The notes: a model not told the origin generated them from the letters alone. A stretch of 64,000 nucleotides of DNA from Hemiscyllium ocellatum (GCF_020745735.1 NC_083404.1:34161731-34225730); one strand, 5' to 3'; positions 1-12,950 are shown, counted from the stretch's first letter. Made by a program: numbers and translations.

Positions 1-1090
1 ATCCCACTGCTTTGATTTTAAAATTCTCATCTGACAAATCACTTTCTCGATTCTACCTACCCATGATTTCTGCCAGCCTGACAAATCTCTGTAATCCCTG
101 CCCACTTCACTTTTTGGCTTGTTGTGCATCTCTGATTTGCTCCTTCAGCGACAGTTGAGCATTTAATTGTTTGCACCCTCAAAGCCTGAATTTCCTAGTC
201 AAACATCTCCTTCTATAATGGAATCCTTAAACTTACCCCTTAAAATGAGCTTCTATCTTCATGCACCTTTATGGCTTGGGATTACAGCCAAATTAGGAGC
301 AAACTAATTGTTGCTTATTCCACTCCTTCATTGACCATACAATCTCAATTTAAAAAGGAAGTGACATCGACAATGAAATTTAAAGAAAAAGGTTACATAA
401 TCAAACAGTTTCAGAAACATATCTGCCAGATTCCTTGAGTAACAAACAACTAATCAGTTATTGCAAACAAAATTTACTCAAAAGGAATATATAATATACT
501 AAAGAGCAGTAAAACAAATAACTGCCTGTCAACATAAGTAGTCATCTTAACAATTCCTTCATCTGCCCTCAAATTAAATCCACTGGAGATGGACAGACTG
601 ATTTGAAAGTCCAGCTTGAAGAGTTCACGAAATAACAAATCTTCCTTCAACATTTGAAAACAGTAAACATGGAGCATGTAAAGAGAACAAAGAAGTCAAT
701 AAGCTAACAAGCTCAGGTTCTCCACACAAGATAATGGAATATGCATATGCTGAGGATTGTAAGGTTTAAGTATACACAGCTTTCTCTCAACACTTTTTAT
801 ATTAGTATAAGTAGATAAAGTCACAAAATGACACCAGATTGTTTAATCATGCTTAAAACTGTAGATTGCATTCACAAACATGCAGTTCTACAATCATTGC
901 AGTCTCATGGTTTTCCAAATGTTCAGCAGGTCAGTTACCTGACAGTTCAAAGCAGAAGATTCAAATAGGAATACATCTAAAATGTATTACATAACTAAAG
1001 TTATCAGATAAAAACTGATAAAACTGCACACAGGATGGCCACCTCTTCAAAACTAACCACAAACCACACAGTGCAGATGTGCTCACTCAC

Positions 1091-1204
1091 ACTAAAGGGA
1101 TCTGGAGTAGAAATATCATCCAAGTCCGAGACCACACTTCCCCTGCGGTTTGAGCGGCTAAAATAGTCAGCTATCGATCCATTATGATCAGAAAAATCAG
1201 AGGA
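1091..1204 (-). CDS. LRRFIP2: LRRFIP2 coding exon, 114 nt, SSDFSDHNGSIADYFSRSNRRGSVVSDLDDISTPDPFS
   Basis: Acceptor ctacag|TCC, donor AGT|gtgagt, phase 0/0. Peptide matches the LRRFIP2-specific motif ADYFSRSNRRGSVVSEVDDISIPD as recalled from the human protein. Lies within track ORF 1004..1339. Confidence 0.95.
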
Positions 1205-3024
1205 CTGTAGAGAAATTGCAAAATAAGAAAAAGTGATGAAACAAACATGGGATACAGAGCATTCTAAAAACAAATGCACGGTAATTAAATTTTTTTGCAG
1301 ACCATGTTTGGTGGTACAACAGTAACATAGTATCCTCACTCAAGGACTGCTACTCAAGATAAAGTTTCAAACTCAGAAGGAGCATTTCTGATAACTTCTG
1401 ATCAGAAGTTATTTATTCAAAATGTTAACTTTGCCTCTTTCCACAGATGCTGCTTGACCTGCTAAGTAATTGTAGTATTTTATGTGAAGAGGCCTGAAAC
1501 TTGTTTCAGGAAGGCATCTTGGACAACTACAGGGTGGATCTCACAATACAGCATGTGACAAACAACAATGTGGCAGTCATAAAAGCGCATTATTGAACAC
1601 TCATCAATTCCAATTCTTAGGCTGCTGGATTTGAATGACATGTTAAATTGGAGGTTCCACTGATGGATGTACAAGCAGCCATTGCATCAGCCAAGTTCTC
1701 CTGGAATCTGACCAATAATTATCCCTCAAAAGACCATGACAGCAGATTATCTGATCACCTACCTCAGTTCTTGGTGGGACCTTGCTACATACAAATTAGC
1801 TGATTTACTATGTAACAATTGTGACTACATTTCTAAATACTTGATCAGTTGTCCAGCATGTTGAGATCATGCAAGGCACCATATAAATATAATTATCAAA
1901 TGTTGAAGAGTTCAAGCTGCCTCTGTAGATGTATGGCAAGGGCACATATATAGATGTTTGCAGTCTTAGTAATTTTTTTTGCACTGTATTATGTTGGACA
2001 CAAAACAGCAACTTCCTTCCAGGAATGCTACACTCTATGGGATAGTCTTGATCTCTTGCTGCTAGCAATTGTACCTTTTCCTATAGCCTAGGTGGTTGAA
2101 GACAACCACCACTTAGGTTAGTGCATGGTCTATGCAACCTGTTTCTGTGCATTTAAGACAGCTATGATCTCCCAAATGATCCTTCACCCACATCTTGTCT
2201 GTTACATTTACAGTTAATTAGAATAGGGATATCACCAAGAAATATCCAATTAGCATGTTAAATGAGTGAGCTAATCCATGTTCAGAGTTTTATATTGAAT
2301 TAGAAAGCACAGTTAAAGTTATAAAACAAATCTGAAGCAAATTTGCAAATACTAATAAAAAAATGGAAAAATAAATTTGTTTTTGGTTTCATTTGGTCAC
2401 AACCCAGACATGTACAGTGTGAAGCAGATTGGTCATGAAAAACGATGCACGCTATTAAAAAAAACAATAACAGTAAAGAAACATGCGTTTTTTAACCAGT
2501 CATGAACAAAACAGATGAGCCCAATGGTATAAGCATACAATTAGCAAGTGCATTTCCAGTCTAATCACATTTTCAGTTTTCATTTCAAGATAATATTGGT
2601 CATTTGCGAGCCTTAATTTATTTCTACTGTTGCTAACATGGGCCTCCAATCAACCAACTCGTTGCATGATCGTTTAATTATCTTTTTATGGCTTCAATTG
2701 AGACAATCTTGTCACCAAGAAGAAGCTTTCCTCTTCTGTTCAAAAAAGTGACAAGTCATTCAAGCCATTAACTTGTTTTCTGCAATTGAAAAACTTTTGT
2801 TTACTTCATGTACTTATTATCCTACCTATACTAAACACTTGCTAGGTTTACAATTCTACAGCTGTTCATTAATTTGTCTTTTACAGTGTCTTATACATGT
2901 TGACGGGAAACAAAACGGATTTCATCCATGGTAATAATCTTTACCATCCCTGTTATTTCAAATCTTTCATCATGAGTAAAGGCTGATACCAGAGAACACA
3001 TGCTGACACGCATAAAGAGCTTAC

Positions 3025-3093
3025 CACACTATCACGACGCCCCCGGCTGATATTATCTTGGGACACGGTGCTCATTTTCTCATCATCTGAATT
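3025..3093 (-). CDS. LRRFIP2: LRRFIP2 coding exon, 69 nt, NSDDEKMSTVSQDNISRGRRDSV
   Basis: Acceptor tgatag|AAT, donor GTG|gtaagc. Similar to human TNDDTASIVSSDRASRGRRESV. Confidence 0.92.
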
Positions 3094-4729
3094 CTATCAA
3101 CAGTTCAAGTGAATAAACTATAGAACAAGTCATGATGACACGAATCTTATCACACTAAACAGTATAAATATTGTCACAATGACTGCATTTCTTTAACTCG
3201 GACATGAACTGCACCAAGTTGCAAATAAGGTGCAAGTTCATATTTTAAATAAATCCAACTTTGTTAATAACACGCACAAGATTTTTAGTGGAAGTGTAGT
3301 AGTTATATTCCAGTCACACAACTCCAAGAAGAAATGGTTCCATAATGTGCGGAGTTCCCGATTTTCAATGACTCTAGCAGAGGGCAGGTTCATTACTGGT
3401 GGACTAAACTCTTAGACCAGGCACAAGCTATGCATAATACAATGAAAGTAGGCTACAATTTCTCCTCCATTAAAGATTTTAACAAAAACCTAAGAGAGAG
3501 TCAGACTGCAAAGCATCACTATCATCAAACATAGATCAGCTTTCCATCCACAAAAATGAAAACGATCAGATCAGAATGCCTGCCTTGGAGTTAAGACGCA
3601 TGCATGGATGAATTGTATTTTTAAAATTTGATTTCAGAAAAAGTATACCTTTGCAGTTAATATTACAATTGTAAAAGGACAGGGATAGAAGATGCAATCT
3701 GCAAAATTTAGAAACCCATGGGAAATGAAGTGATTAAGTTTTCATCAGTAAAAGACTTTAGCCAATCTAAATGAGGGTTCCATACCTTTGGAGTCTGATT
3801 TTGTGGGTTCTTGGTGGATAAGCTATCACTAACACCAGCGTGGCCTTCCTTACCAAATCACATCCCATCTCCAACAGCATTTCTTAGCTCTTGAGAATCA
3901 CTCAGATTGCATCTCTTTGAACATCCTTTTTCTTTATTGTTCAAACCAAAAACATCAAGTATCTCATTATTATACAGTCACTATGTTCTTTTCTCATCCA
4001 ATGCAAAGATCCTCTTATCCTCATTCAATCTCCATCTCATGTTTTTTTTCTCTGAATATTCCCTTAATCTCACCATTTGTACCAAGTATCAAGTGTATAT
4101 CTATATGCATGGTTAGCCATGCTATTTTGTGTGGCCTGTTTACACCAATGAGGTCCATCATGACAAAATCATCCAATAGTCATTACGTTTCTCCTTCTCA
4201 CCCTATTTTCTGTGTATCTGCTCCTGGAAGGAACTGCCCCAAGTTAGTTACAACTGCACACTCTTGTGTCCAACTTTAGTTCGCCACAATAATTCATCAC
4301 AATCCTTCTGATCGTTGTTATTTGTACGCTACCCTCTACCTTTAATGCTGCTATCTCCACTAAAACCATAACTCTCCCACCCTCATTGCTTCTTGTTATG
4401 ATATAAAGGATATCATTGCCTTATATCCCAAGAAGGCAGATTTAAGCATTTTTGTCAGAAAACTGCTTTAGTCATTTATTGTCAAACATGGCTGGATCAG
4501 AAAACATGACTGGGTGCTACTCTGTCAAAGCTGATAGTTATTCCAGGATCCTCTGGAACATCAAGAGGGGTTTGGACTGCTCCACAACAAGGACTTTGAA
4601 ACAGAGTAAGCCATTTGTTTTCAATCATAATTGCTTGTTTCCTCAATGCCACTTTTCACGTCTCTATATCATAAAGTTGTGAAGCTCCAGAAACTGTCAA
4701 TTTCTGTGTCCAATTTGCTCAATGATGAA

Positions 4730-5140
4730 GCTGGGAGTAGAGAATTCCAAAGATTTACAACTCAGTGAAATAGTTCCTCATCATCCAAGTGTTAAATTAC
4801 TTGCCCCATCTCCTCTGATTATAGCTCCTGGCTCCAAAGTCATGAGCCAGGGGTAACATCCCATCTATATTCACCCTGAAACAATTCTCTAAGTTACAAT
4901 TAAATCACCTCTTATTCTTCTAAAATCTAGAGAATATAGTCTGTCTGCTCAGACAATTCTGCCATCTTAGTGATTAATTTTGGGGAAACCTCTTTCTATG
5001 GCAAGCATATCCTTCCTTAGCCAACGGGTCCAAAACTGCACATAATACACAATATGAAGTCTCAGCAAGGCTTTCTAGCTGCAGCAAGACATATTTAGTT
5101 CTGTACTCAGATCCTATTAAAACTAAAGGAGTATAATTGC
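4730..5140 (-). mobile_element. CR1-clade LINE 3' remnant
   Basis: Degenerate reverse-complement CR1 ORF2 3' motifs (gagaattccaaagatt, gtccaaaactgcacataatac). Confidence 0.6.
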
Positions 5141-6172
5141 TTGCTCCAGCTGCTGCTCCTCCATCCTCAACTCCAACAAGCATGAGAAATCTGATTTCTT
5201 TGGAATTAAGACTGACATCTATTTTGATGCCTCTGCTGCTTCTCTTTCCTTCACCCAGCAAGGTTAGAGCCTCAAAGTACATCTCTCCACATTCCCAACC
5301 TAAGTTCTTCTTTCAAGTATTCAATATTGCTTTACAACCCTCAAATTAGCCAACATTGCTGATATTCTTCAGATACTATACCCCTCCTCTTCACTCTGTC
5401 ATAATCACCCCACTCCTCAAAAGGGGGGTGGTGTGCGCATGCATGTGGGAGGAGAGAGCAAGCGAGCCAGAAAAGAAGAACAGAAGTCAGACAAAGGAGT
5501 GTGGTAATGCACAGGTGGACTGGAAAGACGCTGTTTCAAAGTTTAACCATTCATCAGTTAGTCTGCAGATCAGTGTTTCTACTGGAACTTAGACTGTGAG
5601 CAGCTCCATTTCTTCTCAATCATCCAGTTCTTTGATAGACCAGGATGTTGAGTGACTCAGCTGAATGTCCGAATTAAGATTTAACTGTTCATAAACTTCA
5701 ATACAATAGGCTTTGTGCAAAGCAATGTAAACAGAAAACTGATTCTGTGCTATACATGCGCACCCAAGACAGTGTGCATTATAGTCCATGCTGATAAATA
5801 ATGTTTTAGTACTATTATGCACTCAGAATGTCTTTGCTGTTTAAGTTTCTAGCATTGAGTTAAGTAAAGTATTATGGAGTGGTTCACATCAAAATATTTG
5901 ATGGGCAGTTATTAGATTGTTATTGTGATGACGAATTAGTATTCATCTAAAAATCAATGCTAGTCAGCGTGTCAACGATGCACACAAATTTGTTTTTGAA
6001 GAGATAAGACATTTTCATTTCGGTGTTATTTTTACATTAAAACTATACACCTTCAGTGAACATGCTGTATAAATTTCTGTGGCAACAACTTACACCTTGC
6101 ATAATTAGTTTCATCATCAACATTTTAATACATGAAATCAAAACTATTCAAGATGCAGGACACGATTCTTAC

Positions 6173-6226
6173 CAATGGACTATTGTGCCCTGAACTTGCT
6201 CGAGAAGAATAACTGTATTCAGATGG
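6173..6226 (-). CDS. LRRFIP2: LRRFIP2 coding exon, 54 nt, PSEYSYSSRASSGHNSPL
   Basis: Acceptor ctttcccccag|CCA, donor TTG|gtaaga. Similar to human PSECSYYSSRISSARSSP. Confidence 0.92.
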
Positions 6227-6325
6227 CTGGGGGAAAGATCAGGGATGTTAAAAAATGTAACAACGCTGCCTCATAACCAAAAACCTTTTTCTTGGAGTTA
6301 TCGTTACACATTGCAATAAACTTAC

Positions 6326-6382
6326 AGTTCTTGAACTAGATCTCCGATTGTAACTGTAAAGTCTCTCATCGCTTAATGACAC
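6326..6382 (-). CDS. LRRFIP2: LRRFIP2 coding exon, 57 nt, VSLSDERLYSYNRRSSSRT
   Basis: Acceptor tatttgtag|GTG, donor ACT|gtaagt, in frame. Occupies the position of human ASLYNGGLYNPYGPRT. Confidence 0.85.
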
Positions 6383-6473
6383 CTACAAATACAAATATGT
6401 GTTAAATGCTTACTTATGAGAGAAATGAGCTTATCTCAGCTCTCATAAGGTCAAACAGGTCAGCAGATCAAAA

Positions 6474-6733
6474 TCAATTCCCACCTCAGGCGACTGACTG
6501 CGTGGAGTTTGCACGTTCTCCCCGTGTCTGCGTGGGTTTCCTCCGGGTGCTCCGGTTTCCTCCCACAGTCCAAAGATGTGCGGGTCAGGTGAATTGGCCA
6601 TGCTAAATTGCCCATAGTGTTAGGTAAGGGGTATATGTAGGGGTAGGGGTATGGGTGGGTTGCGCTTCGGCGGGTCAGTGTGGACTTGTTGGGCCGAAGG
6701 GCCTGTTTCCACACTGTAAGTAATCTAATCTAA
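6474..6733 (+). mobile_element. HE1-type V-SINE, 5'-truncated, young
   Basis: V-domain gtggagtttgcacgttctccccgtgtctgcgtgggtttcctccgggtgctccgg, CR1-like 3' end gggccgaagggcctgtttcc, (ATCTA)n tail. Confidence 0.9.
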
Positions 6734-7214
6734 CTTCAGGCTTTACGAAAAATCAATAACGTTCTGATTTTCCATGGTCTATGACTGAATATTTGTCTAT
6801 GTCAAATATCTGAAACATTCCAATAATTGACTTCGAACCTATATACACACACAAAGTCACATCTAAAATTAGAGCTTCTTGAAAATCTGAAACTGTATCA
6901 AGAAATTTCAAATATATCAATAGCTTGGTGGGCAATAAAATAAAGAAGCATTGCAAATGTATCAGTACTATCAAAGTCAGTCTTCGATCCTATTATTGTT
7001 CGCTCAACTTTTGATGGTTCGGTCAAAGCATTTCCCACAGTCAAAGACAAACGGTTTACTAACAGCCATTATCTTGTGACAGCACACTTCCCTTGGAATT
7101 ATGACATTGTGTTCACGTCCCACTTTAGGCAACTGAGCAGCTAATTCAGGCAGACATCTCAGCTTTCTACTTGTCAGAATATTATTTGGTCGAGACATTA
7201 AAAAAGGTGATGCC

Positions 7215-7660
7215 CAAATGTTTTGAGATGGAAATAATACCTGCAATGAGCCGATTGCCTTATGAGGGAAGGCTAAACAGGCTAAGCCTGTATCGTTTGC
7301 AGTTTGGAAGAGTCAGAGGTGACTTAATTAAAATAGATCCTGAGGGGATTTGTTTGGGTGAACGTTGCAAGTATGTTTCCTCTTCTGGGAGAATCTAGAA
7401 CTTGGGGTCATAGTTTTAAATAAAGCAAGTGTAAACCCATTTAAAATGAACAAAACATTGACTTTGAGCGTTGAGTATCTTTGGAATTCATTGCCTCAAA
7501 AGGCAATGGATGCAGAGTCTAATTGTTTCTTGATTCTTGATTATCAACAGGATGAAAAATTATCTGGAATATGCAGCAACGTAGAGTTGAGGTTAAAATC
7601 AGATGTCATATTATTGAATGGAGGAGCAGACTCGAAGGGCCCACTACTGTTCCTTGTTTG
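7215..7660 (+). mobile_element. CR1-clade LINE 3' remnant
   Basis: LPYEGRLNRLSLYRLQFGRVRGDLIK in ORF 7171..7398, followed by the CR1 3' UTR. Confidence 0.75.
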
Positions 7661-7799
7661 CACGACACTAATTTGCTAAGCAGGGAATCATCTCCTGGTC
7701 AATATTATTTTTTAAACAACATCTAAACAGATGATCTCATAATTATTAATGACGGAATGCAAAATCATCACTGTTTATAAGACCAGATGATGTTGAAAC

Positions 7800-8460
7800 C
7801 TAAGTTCAGACATGTTGGGCCAACAATCACTGGAGTTTAAAAGAATGAGGGATGATGTTTTTGAAATGCAAAAGATAGTAAGGGTGAATTTATTGGGGGG
7901 TGGTGGTGGTGTCCATGGTGAGGATGTCGCGTCTTGCTGGGGAGTTGATTAGTGGTCACAGATTACAAACGGATTTCCCTTTTACGATAGAAGGAAGGAG
8001 AAAATTTCTCAACATTGTTTGGATGTGGAATTCAATTCCTTTGAAATCAACAAACACTGAGTCACTAATTTATTCATGGAAGAGTTCTGACAGTTAAGGA
8101 TGCCAAGACTTATGGGGTCAGAAAGTCATATGGAACCAAGACCATAATCTGATCAGCCACGATCAAAATGGTCTATCTTGCTCTTAAGACCTGTGTTCCT
8201 ATTACAAAGATCATGAGAAATAGCCACTAAGTTGGCCATCTGTGGAATTACCTGCTCAGTGAACCACGTGAGACAAGCTGAATGCTTTTAAAGCAAAGAT
8301 AGATTTTCGAACAACAAAGGAATTAAGGGTTATGGTGAGCACACAGGTAAGCGAAAGCGGAGACCACGAAAAGATTAGGCATGATCTTATTGAATGGCAG
8401 AGCAGGCTTAAAAAAAAAGAGACAGATGGCCTACTCCTCCTGTTTCTGTTTCTTATGTCC
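7800..8460 (+). mobile_element. Degenerate CR1 3' fragments (two pieces)
   Basis: ctggagtttaaaagaatgagggatgat...; gatcttattgaatggcagagcaggc...ggcctactcct. Confidence 0.55.
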
Positions 8461-8914
8461 TTATTTGGCTCTTCAAGCCTGCTTTTTATAAAACCTTTTG
8501 AACAACCAGATGTCTCAAAGCAGTAACAGCAAACGAAGTACACAAGAAATGTTCTTCGTGTCATGTGTGGCACACAGGACTACTAATAACCACGTGGCAA
8601 TGTGGCATTAGGTTTTATGATAACTCCCCCACTCTTTTGAAAGCGTTATGGGATCCCACCCAATTAGGAAGACGGGGTCTTGTTTAAAAGTCTCATCCAA
8701 AAAAAGTACGCACTTTCAACAGTTGAGCAATTGGACTGAATGGCCTACTTCTGCTAGTGTATTATGGTCTCATCAAAAACTGTAAACACAGTCCTGTCAA
8801 CCCTACAAAATTCTCCTTCATAAAATCTGGGAGCTTGTAACAAAGTCTGAGAGAAGATTTGTAGCTCAGGTGCTCATTGTTGTGCTTCTGTTCGCCGAGC
8901 TGGGAATTTGTGTT

Positions 8915-8953
8915 GCAGATGTTTCGTCTCTGTCTAGGTGACATCCTCAGTGC
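8915..8953 (-). ncRNA. Minimal hammerhead-ribozyme-like motif in PLE pseudo-LTR
   Basis: gca CUGAGGA U GUCACC UAGACA GAGAC GAAA CA UC ugc. Stem I gca/ugc; the palindromic ACGU is altered to ACAU. Confidence 0.7.
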
Positions 8954-9710
8954 TTGGGAGCCTCCTGTGAAGCGCTTCTGTGATCTTTCCTCCGGCATTT
9001 GTAGTGGTTTGAATCTGCCGCTTCCGGTTGTCAGTTCCACCTGTCCGTTGCAGTGGTCGGTATATTGGGTCCAGGTCAATGTGCTTATTGATTGAAACTG
9101 TGGATGAGCACCATGCCTCTAGGAATTCCCTGGCTGTTCTCTGTTTGGCTCGTCCTATAATAGTAGTGTTGCCCCAGTCGAATTCATGTTGCTTGTCATC
9201 TGCGTGTGTGGCTATTAAGGATAGCTGGTCGTGTCGTTTCGTGGCTAGTTGATGTTCATGGATGCGGATTGTTAGCTGTCTTCCTGTTTGTCCTATGTAG
9301 TATTTTGTGCAGTCCTTGCATGGGATTTTGTACACGACGTTGGTTTTGCTCATGCTGGGTATCGGGTCCTTCGTTCTGGTGAGTTGTTGTCTGAGAGTGG
9401 CTGTTGGTTTGTGTGCTGTTATAAGTCCTAGTGGTCGTAGTAGTCTGGCTGTCAGTTCGGAAATGCTCTTGATGTATGGTAGTGTGGCTACTCCTTTGGG
9501 TTGCGGCATGTCCTCGTTCCGTTGTCTTTCCCTTGGGCATCTGTTGATGAAATTGCGCGGGTATCCATTTTTGGCAAATACATTGTATCGGTGTTCTTCT
9601 TCCTCTTTTTGCAGTTCTGGTGTATTACAGTGTGTTGTGGCCCTTTTGAATAGTGTCCTGATGCAATTCTTTTGTGTGTGTTGGGGTAGTTGCTTTCGTA
9701 GTTCAGGACC
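8934..9710 (-). pseudogene. PLE ORF remnant (RT C-terminal region, linker, GIY-YIG endonuclease)
   Basis: Translation in track ORF 8934..9737. The N-terminal VLNYESNYPNTHKR is in another frame (ORF 9488..9712), indicating a frameshift near 9665. 5'-truncated. Confidence 0.88.
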
Positions 9711-9913
9711 AAGTACTCGCCAAAAACTGATACTCACGCAATTTCATCAATCATGGCACTCAACCACAGATTCAATCAATAAGCACATCGACCTGGACCC
9801 AATATACCGACCACTGCAACGGACAGCTGGAACTGACAACCGGAAGCAGCAGATTCAAACCACTACAAATGGCGGAGAAAAGATCACAGAAGCGCTTCAC
9901 AGGAGGTTCCCAA

Positions 9914-9953
9914 GCACTGAGGATGTCACCTAGACAGGGGACAAAATGTCTGC
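9914..9953 (+). ncRNA. Degenerate hammerhead-like motif in the inverted PLE arm
   Basis: gca CUGAGGA U GUCACC UAGACA GGGGAC AAAA UG UC ugc. GAAA is mutated to AAAA, so probably inactive. Confidence 0.6.
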
Positions 9954-10126
9954 AACACAAATTCCCAGCTCAGCGAACAGAACCACAACAGCTTGTGCCA
10001 AATTAAAGAGAGCTATCCCTATAGTACAGTCATAACTGCCATTTGATTAGATCATGGCTGACCTGATAATCCTTAACTCTACTTTCTGCATTACCCCCAT
10101 AAGACATAGGAGCAGAAATATTTCTT

Positions 10127-10434
10127 GGAATCTCTAAAGTGCGGAAACAGACCATTCAGCCCAGCAAGTCCACACTGACTCTCCGAACAGCCTTTCATCC
10201 AAACTCACCAAATTACCTGATCCCTATAACCCTGCACTTCCTATGACTAATAAATCTAGCCTACACATCCCTGGACAATCCATCTAAACTGCACATCTCT
10301 GCATGTGGGAGGAAATCGGGGCACCTGAAAGAAACCCACGCGGACACAGGGACAATGTGCAAACTCCACACAAACTGGAACTGAACCAGGTCTCTGGCAC
10401 TTTAAGGCAGCAGTGCTAACCACCTGAGCCACCC
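10127..10434 (-). mobile_element. HE1-type V-SINE, older copy
   Basis: Reverse complement of the tRNA-like head (ggcagcagtgctaaccac) and the V-domain. Confidence 0.8.
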
Positions 10435-11014
10435 AAAGGACATCAAACAATTTCTGGAGCCTAGATCTGTTGAGGGTCTGGACTCTCATTTTGGCCAGAA
10501 TATGTATGGACTACCCCAGAGGAAATCGGTGTTACGAAAGCAGATGTCATTTTTTGTCCTAATCTACAATAATTAACATTAGATTAGCTTTTTATTCCAC
10601 ATGTTACAGAATTCAAATTTCCTCATTTTCCATGGACAGATTTGAACCTAAGTTCTTTGAACATGGGTCCAGGACTCTGGATTACTGATGAAGTGCCATT
10701 ACCTAAACATGACCATCTCCTCTTCTGCAAGATTTGAGAGCTGCTTCTGGGCAGTCAGCCTTAAGCCTGTCCAGCGGCTTAACAGCCACTAAATCACATT
10801 TAAATCTGAGGGGGTCATGACTCAAATGCATGTGTTTTTGAGTTCCTGATCCCTAAACAAAACGTCAGCCCAAAAAGTCTGAAATAATTCTTCTCCAGAG
10901 ATACCTCTGCTTATTTTAGTTTGCAATGAGTGGTCTGGATACAAATTAAATTTGCTAAGACTGTTAGTGCCTTTTCACTTGGCACTGATCACCATCTTAC
11001 TTTATAAAAAATAA

Positions 11015-11400
11015 GAATCTAAGTTGTGGGTTCAAGTCCTAGTCTAGAGTTGGGCATGAAATTGAGCAGAAGACTTCTTTTTTATGGCAATGCAGTAATG
11101 CTGGAAGTGGCACCTTTACAGTTGAAAAGACTTTTTTATCCTTGATAATTGAACATGAAAGATTCTAAAAGTATGATGTGAAGAGGAGCAGTAATGTTCA
11201 CCTGGTGTCCTCGGCACCATTTGCCCTTCTACCAAGGCCTCAAACAGATGATCCCATCATCTACTTAATCGTTGTTTGTGGAGTTTTATGATATGGAAAT
11301 TGCCACCTGTCTCTTAAAAGTAACTACATTTCAAAGGCATTTCAATTAATCATCTAACACAGTGGGACATCGCTGTGATCCTGCAAGGGACCAATCAAAC
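11015..11400 (+). mobile_element. Deu-domain SINE remnant (SacSINE1-like)
   Basis: gtgggttcaagtcc B box, then gaagaggagcag...tcacctggtgtcctcggc...aaacagatgatc...gttgtttgtggag. Similar remnants at about 1690-1890 (+), 55200-55500 (-) and 56100-56250 (-). Confidence 0.55.
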
Positions 11401-11609
11401 CAAAATCTTTTGCTTTCTTTAGGACTCAAGGAGTAACGGTCAAAGATGATGATTATCCATTCAGTGTTCAAATGCATATCATAATGAAAAGTATACAACT
11501 TATGTACATATTAATGTCATCTTTGGAGTTTGGATTTTGAAATGTGGCAATTTGGTAATTATTTCTGTGAAGGATTTTCTGTAAAAGTCACTCCTCCTGT
11601 AACAGTGAT

Positions 11610-11840
11610 AAAACAGCAACATGTTTACTGAACATCAGGAGAAACTCACCAAGTCTGGCAGCAACTGTGGAGCAAGAAACAATTTGACATTGAGTTCAAT
11701 ACAACTCTTCATCAGATCTCTGCTTCAGTATGCCAAAACGTTATTTTTTTTTCTCTCTGTGCACACTGTCAGGCCTGCTGAGTTTCTCCATCTTCTTTTC
11801 ATGTTTCACATTTCCAGTATCCACAGCATTTTGCTCTTAT
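11610..11840. mobile_element. Old, degenerate PLE-derived fold-back remnant
   Basis: ggagaaactcaccaagtctggcagcaactgtggag...ctcttcatcaga mirrored by caggcctgctgagtttctcca...tttccagtatccacagcattttgct. Confidence 0.55.
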
Positions 11841-12469
11841 TTTGTTTATGTATCAAAGTGTTTTTGACCGATAGGGTAAACATGCAAGGCTGTCAGCTTT
11901 CAGTTCTGAAGAATCTAGGATGAGCAACTTTTCTAATTAATTCAGTTAACAGACAAATGTTCCAGTTCAGTTAAGAAAACACCAATGTTGAGAAACCTGT
12001 TCAGTTTAGAGGTCAGTTTAGTTTCTCTTCCAGCAGTAGTTCAGGGAACCATTTTACATGAGAGATTTTAGCTTGTGAAACCTTTTAAATAAACTCTCCT
12101 GGTTAGAAATGTGTAGATTATTTTAGAGTTGAGAAATTTTAGGCTTTCAGATTTGTGTGAAAGCCTAAGATAACAGATTTGAAAAGGGCCTATCAAATTG
12201 CCTGCACAGTCCATGAAAAAGAAACCATGAGGAATCAGAGACTAACTTGCATGTTAACTGACTAAAAGAAAAAAAACATTCTGAATGCAAAGTTTCTTTC
12301 TGGTACTTAGCTTGATCAATACAGTACAATCAGATCAGATCAGAAGATAACATGTTAACCAGTGATACATAATTGAAAACTAAACACCACAATAGTGCAG
12401 TGTAATAATACAGCTCTACTATAAAAACAGAACCAAAACAATAAATGTTGTAGGACGCAAATGAACTTC

Positions 12470-12548
12470 TTTCTGATGAAAGGTCAAGGATCTGAAAAAT
12501 TAACTGTGTTCCTCTCCACAAACACTGGCTGACTTGCATCTCCAGCAA
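12470..12548 (+). mobile_element. Degenerate PLE mini-element arm
   Basis: ttctgatgaaaggtcaaggatctgaaaaattaactgtgttcctctccaca; hammerhead-like core followed by the family tail. Confidence 0.5.
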
Positions 12549-12905
12549 TGCCTTGATGCATTAGTTTACAGTCCATATTATGGCGAACATAAGTATTATA
12601 AGTTTAACGTCAAAAGATATTTTAAGATTTATTCATGAGCTCTCAGCTTTGCTTTGCGCAATAAAACAAGACTGTAGCACTTAAAGGCAACAAGCACAAT
12701 GTTAAAAATGCAATTTTGCCATTGCCAATACTAATCATCACAGAATATCTTTTGTTATTGTCAATGTCATGTACTGAGTAAACTCAGAGACCGGAGACGT
12801 TAAATGGCCAAACAAATTATCAGTTGCAGACAAGCAATTACTGCTATAAGCAACTACAATGTTTCAGCTTTCTATTTAGAGCCCATGCAGCTAAATTATA
12901 CCAAC

Positions 12906-12950
12906 CAAACTCTGGCTTCGAATTAGGCCCTGGCCCAAATTAGAAGAGGC
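12906..12950 (-). CDS. LRRFIP2: LRRFIP2 coding exon, 45 nt, ASSNLGQGLIRSQSL
   Basis: Acceptor tttccttctttag|GCC, donor TTG|gttggt. Similar to human ASPTANSGLLRSASL. Confidence 0.88.

Larger units (their letters stand above)
8839..9989 (-). mobile_element. Penelope-like element (PLE): 5'-truncated RT C-terminus/GIY-YIG endonuclease fragment plus inverted, internally deleted partner copy
   Basis: ORF 8934..9737(-) encodes the GIY-YIG motifs VVYKIPCKDCTKYYIGQTGR, RIHEH and REFLEAW. Segments 8879-9115 and 9752-9989 are inverted repeats. Direct repeat agcttgt at 8832-8838 and 9990-9996 is the TSD. Confidence 0.92.

Noticed and set aside
3786-3850. Strong minus-strand donor AAG|gtatgg near 3786
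   Set aside because: No polypyrimidine tract or frame-preserving acceptor upstream, and no gap in the LRRFIP2 alignment at this position.
9307-9933. 208-aa plus-strand ORF
   Set aside because: Antisense shadow of the PLE ORF fused to the inverted pseudo-LTR copy; not an independent gene.
11845-12351. Possible LTR-like segment (also 5425-5680)
   Set aside because: Composition is suggestive, but I could not define both termini or a TSD.
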